From: an uncultured Actinomycetota bacterium
Lineage (GTDB): Bacteria > Actinomycetota > Actinomycetes > S36-B12 > CAIYMF01
NCBI GenBank assembly: GCA_963711805.1
Contig: CAVQFE010000010.1
Location: 462,964-486,963, forward strand
Direction: 5' to 3'
Length of the DNA stretch: 24,000 nt
Position numbers and translations under genes: made by a program. Of this stretch, positions 8,912 to 15,890 are shown piece after piece. The notes below the pieces were generated by a model. It had not been told where the DNA came from. It made no database searches and was given only the letters and a program-made list of their open reading frames with translations. How positions within the stretch are numbered: the stretch's first letter is position 1; the number at the start of each line of letters is the position of its first letter.

Positions 8912-10436
8912 TGCTGATCACCCGCTTCACCGCGCGGTCGGTGACGTGCGAGTTGGCCACCGATCCCGCGGCGAGGACGTCGCTGCCGTGGCGTGCCACC
9001 CCCGTCGCCTCGAGCCGGGCGAGGTCGGACTTGCGGACGAGGTAGCCGGTGATCCGGATGAAGTCGTTGCTGTCGAGGTTGAAGGTGACGTCGCGCATGC
9101 CCGTGGCCATCGCGCCGCGGATCACGTCGACGACGGCCTGCGGGTTGCGCGTCGCCGTGTCGTCGAACTGCACGATGTCGCTGACGCCGGAGGCGAAGTA
9201 CCGGTGGTTCGGCGCCACCGCGAGCAGGTGCTCGAGCAGCGGCGGCTCGTCGCCGATCGGGATGCGGGTGCCGGCGGTGACCCCGAGGTCGGAGTCGATG
9301 CCGGACTGCGAGTGCAGGAAGGCGACGCCGTGGTTGCCCTCGCAGTACGGGAGCGGGGTGGCCGCGACGAGCTCGGCGATCCGCTCGACGATGCGCCAGC
9401 CGAGCGCGGTGGCGTCGGCGTCGTGCCCGTAGCGACCGGTGCCCCCGGACCGCGCGACGAGGTGGTCGACCGCCTCGGCGAGCCCGTAGACGCCGAACAT
9501 CGCGGCGAACCGGTCGAGGGACAGCAGACCCTCGTCGACGAGCCAGCTGTGCTCGAAGAACCGGGCCTCCTCGACGAGCGAGGTGATCCGCGCGGCCATC
9601 AGCTCGGCGTTGAGCGCCACGTGCGCGGGCAGGGTGGTCGACAGGTAGTCCTCGACGTCGCCGCCGTGCCGTCGCGCCGACTCGGCGAGGTTGAGCCGCA
9701 CGAGCGTGTGCGACCCGCCGCCGACCCGCAGCGAGTTGTAGCAGGACACCACGCCGTAGTCCGGTCCGAGGTCGCCGGTCATCATCGCGTGGTTGACGAA
9801 GTGCGGCTTGCCGCAGGCGAAGACGGTCCGCACCGCGTCGAGCACGAGGCTGTCCGGCGTACGCGTCGCGTCGACGCGCAGCGTGAGGTTCGGGACGGTC
9901 TGGAGCAGCTCGCGCTCCAGCGCGAGGACGGTGCGCCCGACCCTCGTGTCGTCCGGGCCGAGGTTCGCGTGGGTGAACGCGTCGGGCAGCGCCCGGTCGA
10001 TCGTGACCCACATGAGCCGCAGCAGCCTGGTGAGCGTCGCGTCGTCGACGTCGGCGCCGTACGGCTCGAGCAGGCGGTCGACGTCGCCGAGGTAGACCGG
10101 GTAACCGGTGATCGACGGCACCTGGGAGTACATCGAGAGCAGGAACGCGACCGCCTCGTACAGGTCGGTCGGCGCGGGCAGACCGAGGAACTCCGAGCCC
10201 TGGTCCAGCGCGCGGGCGTAGTCGGGCAGCAGGTAGCGCGGGCGGTACGGCGCATTGCCCTCGGCCAGGTCGCTCACGAGGCCGGACGCGAGCGCGTCGG
10301 CGCACGCGGCGGAGACCTTCGGCGGGTCGAGCGACTCCTCGGCCAGGCCGGCGAGGGCCTGGACCCGCTGGCGGTAGGTCAACGCGGGGGAGTCGACGAG
10401 GGTGCGGGCGCGGTCACGGAACTCGGGCATCTCCAC
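8883..10436 (-). CDS. yjjI: YjjI-family (DUF3029-like) glycyl-radical enzyme of unknown substrate
   Basis: The protein is 517 aa. The C-terminal loop NDFIRITGYLVRK places the candidate radical Gly464 at codon 9045-9047. The central VVSCYNSLRVGGG is a candidate thiyl Cys232 loop. Size and motifs match what I recall of E. coli YjjI (~516 aa), and it is paired with a YjjW-type activase. Confidence 0.85.
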   Translation of the reverse strand: MEMPEFRDRARTLVDSPALTYRQRVQALAGLAEESLDPPKVSAACADALASGLVSDLAEGNAPYRPRYLLPDYARALDQGSEFLGLPAPTDLYEAVAFLLSMYSQVPSITGYPVYLGDVDRLLEPYGADVDDATLTRLLRLMWVTIDRALPDAFTHANLGPDDTRVGRTVLALERELLQTVPNLTLRVDATRTPDSLVLDAVRTVFACGKPHFVNHAMMTGDLGPDYGVVSCYNSLRVGGGSHTLVRLNLAESARRHGGDVEDYLSTTLPAHVALNAELMAARITSLVEEARFFEHSWLVDEGLLSLDRFAAMFGVYGLAEAVDHLVARSGGTGRYGHDADATALGWRIVERIAELVAATPLPYCEGNHGVAFLHSQSGIDSDLGVTAGTRIPIGDEPPLLEHLLAVAPNHRYFASGVSDIVQFDDTATRNPQAVVDVIRGAMATGMRDVTFNLDSNDFIRITGYLVRKSDLARLEATGVARHGSDVLAAGSVANSHVTDRAVKRVISSESAPRVSG

Positions 10437-10687
10437 GCGTCCACGCTACGCCGGTCACCGCCGCACCGTCCCCGTCGCCGGACGTGACGTGCGCCCGGAA
10501 TCGCCACGGAAGTAAGGGAAACCTGGCCTTAGCCACGACCTGGACCGGCGCCGGACCGCCCGGCCGGCCGAGCCGCATCCTTACCCACCTCTTACCGGAT
10601 GCCGACCTCGCCGGAACCGAACACCGGCACCGTCGGACGCGTTGGAGCACCGGGACCGCCCCGGTGCCGACGTCGGAGGGGAACACC

Positions 10688-11278
10688 ATGACCATCACGA
10701 CCCGAACCGCCCGCACCCCGGGCCGTCGCGCGCTGGCCGGGGCCGGCGCGCTCGCGCTCGCGGGGTCGCTCGCGGTCGCCGCACCGGCGTCCGCCCAGGT
10801 CGCCACCACGGCCCCGGCCACGGCGCCGACCACCGCGCCGACGACCACCTCGTGCCCGACCGGCACGCTGCCGGCCGCCGTGCAGGGTGCCCCCGCGAGC
10901 TTCCGGGCGGGACGCCCGGCCGGCTACTGGGTGTGGCACGACGCGCACGGCTGGCACCTGCGGGTCACGCACAACACGAGGACGCGACTGGTGTTCACCG
11001 GCGTCGTCACCGCGACGAACCCGATGACCACCGTGCGGGTCCGCGACGAGGCGCACGACCGCGTGGTGCGCAGCGCGGACCGGCGTACGACGACGTTCCG
11101 GTTCACGAACTACGGCGGGGTCGACGGCATCGACGTCACCGCGGCCTGTGCGACGACCGTCTCGTTCCGGCTCTACGCCGCCGGGCACCTCGTCTCACCG
11201 AGCCGGATCCACCTCGGGGCGAAGGCGGCCGCCGCCACGTCCAACCCGTTCGGCGTCACCCGGATCCCGGCGGCCTGA
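10688..11278 (+). CDS. secreted protein of unknown function (signal peptide + Thr/Ala/Pro linker + ~150-aa domain)
   Basis: ATG 10688 is preceded by GGAGGGG. The N-terminus MTITTRTARTPGRRALAGAGALALAGSLAVAAPASA|QV looks like a Sec/Tat-type signal with an AxA site. A TTAPATAPTTAPTTT linker follows, and the domain has two Cys and a GYWVWHDAHGWHLRVTH motif. The 10484 start in the ORF track is probably too early. Confidence 0.65.
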   Translation: MTITTRTARTPGRRALAGAGALALAGSLAVAAPASAQVATTAPATAPTTAPTTTSCPTGTLPAAVQGAPASFRAGRPAGYWVWHDAHGWHLRVTHNTRTRLVFTGVVTATNPMTTVRVRDEAHDRVVRSADRRTTTFRFTNYGGVDGIDVTAACATTVSFRLYAAGHLVSPSRIHLGAKAAAATSNPFGVTRIPAA

Positions 11279-11300
11279 CCCCGCCGGCCAGGTCTGCGGT

Positions 11301-11325
11301 CCCGGGCCCGGCGGCGGCGCCCGGG
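11301..11325 (+). terminator. GC-rich stem-loop after the secreted-protein gene
   Basis: CCCGGGC (11301-11307) pairs with GCCCGGG (11319-11325) across an 11-nt loop. There is no T-tail. Confidence 0.2.
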
Positions 11326-11356
11326 GCCGCGCTGGTGGCGGCTCGCCGATCCTCGC

Positions 11357-11362
11357 TAGGGT
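11357..11362 (+). promoter_or_regulatory. -10-like hexamer TAGGGT upstream of mihF
   Basis: TANNNT-class hexamer 31 nt before GTG 11393. The SD GAGAGGA sits at 11380-11386. Confidence 0.3.
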
Positions 11363-11392
11363 CCTGACCAGACCCCGACGAGAGGACCGATC

Positions 11393-11707
11393 GTGGCCCT
11401 GCCGCCCCTGACCCCCGAGCAGCGTTCCGCCGCGCTGGCCAAGGCCGCCGAGGCACGACGCATCCGGGCCGAGGTGAAGAACCGGCTCAAGCGCTCCGGC
11501 GCGTCCATCGGCGAGGTGATCGCGGCCGGCCAGAGCGACGAGATCATCGGCAAGATGAAGGTCTCCGCGCTGCTCGAGTCGATGCCGGGGGTCGGCAAGG
11601 TCCGCGCGGCCGAGATCATGGAGCGGCTGCAGATCGCGGAGAACCGTCGCGTGCGCGGCCTGGGCACGCACCAGATCGCCGCGCTCGAGAAGGAGTTCTC
11701 CGCCTGA
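11393..11707 (+). CDS. mihF: actinobacterial integration host factor (mIHF/sIHF)
   Basis: The 104-aa product is [33 protein letters not shown]...[16 protein letters not shown]. It occupies the conserved position immediately upstream of gmk-rpoZ. Confidence 0.9.
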   Translation: MALPPLTPEQRSAALAKAAEARRIRAEVKNRLKRSGASIGEVIAAGQSDEIIGKMKVSALLESMPGVGKVRAAEIMERLQIAENRRVRGLGTHQIAALEKEFSA

Positions 11708-12261
11708 GCGGGCGCCTGACCGTCCTGTCCGGCCCCAGCGGCGTCGGCAAGAGCACGGTCGTCGCGGCGCTCCGGGCCACCCGTCCGGACGTCTGGCTCT
11801 CCGTCTCGGCCACCACCCGCCGGCCACGGCCGGGAGAGACCCAGGGGGTCAACTACTACTTCGTCGACCACGCCGAGTTCGCCCGCATGGTGGAGCACGG
11901 CGAGCTGCTCGAGTACGCCGAGTTCGCCGGCAACTTCTACGGCACGCCGCGCGCACCCGTCCTGGAGCACCTCGTGGCCGGCACACCCGTCGTCCTCGAG
12001 ATCGAGCTGCAGGGTGCCCGCCAGGTGCGGGCGAGCATGCCCGAGGCGCAGCTGGTGTTCCTGGCGCCGCCGTCGTGGGAGGAGCTGGTGCGCCGGCTGG
12101 TCGGCAGGGGGACCGAGCCGGCCGAGGTCATCGCGCACCGGCTGGAGACCGCCAAGGTCGAGCTGGCGGCGGAGTCGGAGTTCGACGCGACCGTCGTGAA
12201 CGCGTCGGTCGAGGAGGCCACCGCGGCCTTGCTAGCATTGATGGGTCTGAACCCGTCCTGA
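11704..12261 (+). CDS. gmk: guanylate kinase (apparent CTG start)
   Basis: Motifs seen: [16 protein letters not shown] (P-loop), [35 protein letters not shown]. The frame has no ATG/GTG/TTG before 11887, which is well inside the conserved domain. The SD AAGGAG (11690-11695) sits 8 nt before CTG 11704, and that codon overlaps the mihF stop. Confidence 0.8.
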   Translation: MSGRLTVLSGPSGVGKSTVVAALRATRPDVWLSVSATTRRPRPGETQGVNYYFVDHAEFARMVEHGELLEYAEFAGNFYGTPRAPVLEHLVAGTPVVLEIELQGARQVRASMPEAQLVFLAPPSWEELVRRLVGRGTEPAEVIAHRLETAKVELAAESEFDATVVNASVEEATAALLALMGLNPS

Positions 12262-12295
12262 CGTCCTGAATCCGGTGAGCACGACCCGCCCCGGA

Positions 12296-12309
12296 GCTCG
12301 TCGACGAGC
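12296..12309. repeat. perfect 14-nt palindrome GCTCGTCGACGAGC in the gmk-rpoZ spacer
   Basis: Read directly from the sequence; it is self-complementary over all 14 nt. Function is unknown. Confidence 0.5.
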
Positions 12310-12370
12310 ACGGCGGACGACGTCCGCGTGGGCAGCAGCCCGCGGTTCCCGTGAACTGAGAGGCGCCCGC

Positions 12371-12664
12371 GTGTCCGGCACCGTTTCCTCGCCCGAGGGC
12401 ATCACCAACCCGCCGATCGACGAGCTGCTCGAGGCCACCGACTCGAAGTACTCGCTGGTCATCTACGCGTCCAAGCGCGCCCGTCAGATCAACGCCTACT
12501 ACTCCCAGCTGGGCGAGGGCCTGCTCGAGTACGTCGGCCCCCTGGTCGAGACGCACGTGCAGGAGAAGCCGCTGTCGATCGCGCTGCGCGAGATCAACGC
12601 GGGGCTGCTCACCTCGACCGCCTACGACCCCGAGGCCGAGGCCGCCGCCGGTTCCGCGGTCTGA
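12371..12664 (+). CDS. rpoZ: DNA-directed RNA polymerase subunit omega
   Basis: GTG 12371 is preceded by GAGAGG. The product contains [41 protein letters not shown]...[11 protein letters not shown]. The upstream part of ORF 12275 is Arg-rich and non-conserved. Confidence 0.9.
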   Translation: MSGTVSSPEGITNPPIDELLEATDSKYSLVIYASKRARQINAYYSQLGEGLLEYVGPLVETHVQEKPLSIALREINAGLLTSTAYDPEAEAAAGSAV

Positions 12665-12669
12665 CCTCG

Positions 12670-13971
12670 GTGGGCGGCGCGAGCCCCGCCGAGGGGGCCG
12701 AAGGGACCGGACCCGTCGACGGTGACCCGGCCCCCGGCGCGCCCCGGGTGATCCTCGGCGTCGGCGGGGGCATCGCGGCGTACAAGGCGGCCGACCTGCT
12801 GCGCCGCCTCTCCGAGTCCGGCCACGACGTCACCGTCGTCCCGACCCGCGCCGCGCTGCACTTCGTCGGCGCCGCGACCTGGTCCGCCCTGTCCGGCAAG
12901 CCGGTGTCCTCCGAGGTCTGGGACGACGTCGCGGACGTGCCGCACGTGCGGCTCGGCCAGCAGGCCGACCTCGTGGTCGTCGCCCCGGCCACCGCCGACC
13001 TGCTCGCCCGCGCGGCCGCGGGTCTGGCCGACGACCTGCTCGCCAACGTGCTGCTCACCGCGCGCTGCCCGGTCGTGATGGCGCCGGCGATGCACACCGA
13101 GATGTGGCTGCACCCCGCGACCCAGGCCAACGTCGCGACGCTCCGCGCGCCGGGGCGTCGTCGTCCTCGATCCCGCCGTGGGCCGGCTCACCGGCGCCGA
13201 CTCGGGCCCCGGCCGCCTGCCCGAGCCGGCGGCGATCTTCGCGGCGTGCCGCGAGGTCCTCTGCCGGCCGCTCCGCCGACCTGCTCGGCCGCACCGTCCT
13301 GGTCTCCGCGGGCGGGACCCGCGAGCCGCTCGACCCGGTGCGCTTCCTCGGCAACCGCAGCAGCGGCAAGCAGGGCTACGCCCTCGCCGCGACCGCCGCG
13401 GCGCGCGGCGCGCGCGTCCTGCTCGTGTCCGCCAACGTCGCGCTGCCGGACCCCGCCGGGGCCACGGTCGTGCGCGTGACGTCGGCCGAGGACCTGCGCG
13501 AGGCCGTGCTCGCGCGACGCCACCGAGGCCGACGTCGTCGTCATGGCCGCCGCGGTGGCCGACTTCCGCCCGGTCGCCGTCGACGGCCCACAAGATCAAG
13601 AAGGACGACGCCGGAGGCGTGCCCGCTCCGATCGCGCTGGAGCGCACCGCCGACGTGCTCGCCGAGCTGGTCGCGCGGCGCGACGCCGCCGGCAGCGCGC
13701 AGGTGGTCGTCGGGTTCGCCGCCGAGACCGGCGACGCCGGGGCCGACGTGCTCGACCACGCCCGGGCCAAGCTGGCCCGCAAGGGCTGCGACCTGCTCGT
13801 CGTCAACGAGGTGGGGGCCGGTCGTGCCTTCGAGACCGACGACAACGAGGTCGTGATCCTGCGGCGCCGACGGCTCGGCGACCGACGTACCGCCGGGCGT
13901 CCAAGCACGCGGTCGCCGACGCGGTCTGGGACCGCGTCGTCGCGCTGCTGCCGCCGGCGACCCGCGGGTGA
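12670..13971 (+). pseudogene. coaBC: bifunctional phosphopantothenoylcysteine decarboxylase / phosphopantothenate-cysteine ligase; frame broken six times
   Basis: Conserved segments alternate between frames: ILGVGGGIAAYKAADLLRRL...[10 protein letters not shown] (f1), [26 protein letters not shown] (f2), [30 protein letters not shown] (f3), [18 protein letters not shown] (f1), HKIKKDD...VGFAAET...[11 protein letters not shown] (f2), [12 protein letters not shown] (f3), [14 protein letters not shown]..stop (f1). The extra bases are at 13150, 13262, 13515, 13588, 13862 and 13899. Confidence 0.85.
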
Positions 13972-14015
13972 GCACGCCGTACGCCGGCCGCATCCGCCCC
14001 GTCGCCCCGCACGGA

Positions 14016-14021
14016 TAGACT
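14016..14021 (+). promoter_or_regulatory. -10-like hexamer TAGACT upstream of metK
   Basis: TANNNT hexamer 38 nt before the TTG start. The identical hexamer recurs upstream of def and of the FMN riboswitch. Confidence 0.3.
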
Positions 14022-14059
14022 CCACCGAACGCAAGCCCACCGCACCTGGAGCGTCTGCC

Positions 14060-15256
14060 TTGGCCCGTCGCCTGTTCACGTCCGAGTCCGTCACCGAGGG
14101 GCACCCGGACAAGATCGCTGACCAGATCAGCGACTCCATCCTCGACGCCATGCTCAAGGAGGACCCGCGCAGCCGGGTCGCCGTCGAGACCCTCATCACC
14201 ACCGGCCAGGTGCACGTCGCCGGCGAGGTGACCACGAGCGGCTACGTCGACATCCCCACGCTCGTCCGCGAGCGGATCCTCGAGATCGGCTACGACTCGA
14301 GCAAGAAGGGCTTCGACGGCGCGTCCTGCGGGGTCTCGGTCTCGATCGGCTCGCAGAGCCCGGACATCGCCCAGGGCGTCGACGACGCGCTGGAGGACCG
14401 CGGCGGCGACGCCCGCGACCCGTTCGACCGTCAGGGCGCCGGCGACCAGGGCCTCATGTTCGGCTACGCCTGCGACGACACCCCGGAGCTGATGCCGCTG
14501 CCGATCCACCTCGCGCACAACCTCGCGCGCCGGCTGGCCAAGGTCCGCAAGGACGGCGCCATCCCCTACCTGCGCCCCGACGGCAAGACCCAGGTGACCA
14601 TCGAGTACGACGACGACGACAAGGCCGTGCGCCTCGACACGATCGTCGTGTCGACGCAGCACGCCGCCGACATCGACCTCGCCACGCTGCTCGCGCCCGA
14701 CATCGAGGAGCTCGTCGTCCGCCCGGAGATCGCCGACCTGAACATCGAGACGGCCGACTTCCGGCTGCTGGTCAACCCCACCGGTCGGTTCGAGATCGGC
14801 GGCCCGATGGGCGACGCCGGCCTCACCGGTCGCAAGATCATCGTCGACACCTACGGCGGCATGGCCCGCCACGGCGGCGGCGCCTTCTCCGGCAAGGACC
14901 CGTCGAAGGTCGACCGCTCGGCGGCGTACGCCATGCGCTGGGTGGCCAAGAACGTCGTCGCCGCCGGGCTCGCCCGCCGCTGCGAGGTCCAGGTCGCCTA
15001 CGCGATCGGCAAGGCGCACCCCGTCGGCGTCTTCGTCGAGACGTTCGGCACCGGCGTCCGCCCCGACTCCGCGATCCAGGCGGCCGTCCTCGAGGTGTTC
15101 GACCTGCGCCCCGGCGCGATCATCGCGGACCTCGACCTGCTCCGCCCGATCTACGCCCAGACCGCGGCGTACGGCCACTTCGGCCGCGGCGTCCCGGACT
15201 TCACCTGGGAGCGCACCGACCGCGCCGAGGCGCTGCGGTCGGCCGCGGGTCTCTGA
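14060..15256 (+). CDS. metK: S-adenosylmethionine synthetase
   Basis: TTG 14060 lies 8 nt after GGAG (14048-14051). Motifs seen: [54 protein letters not shown]. The frame is continuous to the stop at 15256. Confidence 0.95.
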   Translation: MARRLFTSESVTEGHPDKIADQISDSILDAMLKEDPRSRVAVETLITTGQVHVAGEVTTSGYVDIPTLVRERILEIGYDSSKKGFDGASCGVSVSIGSQSPDIAQGVDDALEDRGGDARDPFDRQGAGDQGLMFGYACDDTPELMPLPIHLAHNLARRLAKVRKDGAIPYLRPDGKTQVTIEYDDDDKAVRLDTIVVSTQHAADIDLATLLAPDIEELVVRPEIADLNIETADFRLLVNPTGRFEIGGPMGDAGLTGRKIIVDTYGGMARHGGGAFSGKDPSKVDRSAAYAMRWVAKNVVAAGLARRCEVQVAYAIGKAHPVGVFVETFGTGVRPDSAIQAAVLEVFDLRPGAIIADLDLLRPIYAQTAAYGHFGRGVPDFTWERTDRAEALRSAAGL

Positions 15257-15290
15257 GCCCGCGCCCGACGACCGTCGCCGGGGCGTCCGC

Positions 15291-15890
15291 ATGACTCGAC
15301 ACGAGCTGCGGACGCCCCGGCTGTCGTTGCGCGCGTGGCGCGACGACGACCTCGAGCCGTTCGCGGCGCTGAACGCCGACCCGCGCGTGATGCGCTGGTT
15401 CCCCTCGACGCTGGACCGCTCCCGGTCCGACGCCACCGTGGCCAGGTTCGACTCGGCGCACACCGAGCTCGGCTACACCGCGTGGGCGGTCGAGGTGCTG
15501 CGTTCCGAGCGGGGTCCGGCGTCGTTCGTCGGCTTCGTCGGTCTGGTCCCGCCGACCTTCGACCCGCCGTTCGACCACGCCGTCCCGTGCGTCGAGATCG
15601 GCTGGCGGCTCGCGGCGGACTGGTGGGGCCTCGGCATCGCCACCGAGGCCGCGGCCGCGGCTCTGCGCCTCGCGTTCCTCGACCTCGCGCTGCCCGAGGT
15701 CGTGTCCTTCACCGTGCCCCCGAACCTGCCGTCGCAGGCGGTCATGCAGCGCATCGGCATGCGCTACGCCGGCGTCTTCGACCATCCGCGCGCCGAGCCC
15801 GGCGACTGGTGGAGGACGCACGTCCTGTACCGCGCCACCGCCGACGACCTGCCCGGACCGACGGTCCGCTCCGGTAGAACTCAGCCGTGA
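15291..15890 (+). CDS. GNAT-family N-acetyltransferase (RimJ/RimL-like)
   Basis: The 199-aa product begins RTPRLSLRAWRDDDLEPFAALNADPRVMRWF and contains VEIGWRLAADWWGLGIATEAA (acetyl-CoA binding-type loop). The substrate is not inferable. Confidence 0.75.
   Translation: MTRHELRTPRLSLRAWRDDDLEPFAALNADPRVMRWFPSTLDRSRSDATVARFDSAHTELGYTAWAVEVLRSERGPASFVGFVGLVPPTFDPPFDHAVPCVEIGWRLAADWWGLGIATEAAAAALRLAFLDLALPEVVSFTVPPNLPSQAVMQRIGMRYAGVFDHPRAEPGDWWRTHVLYRATADDLPGPTVRSGRTQP

Noticed and set aside
13972-14059. Possible SAM riboswitch in front of metK
   Set aside because: The spacer is only 88 nt, and I could not find the conserved cores of the SAM-I, SAM-IV or other SAM aptamers that I know. Only a weak 5-bp stem is present.
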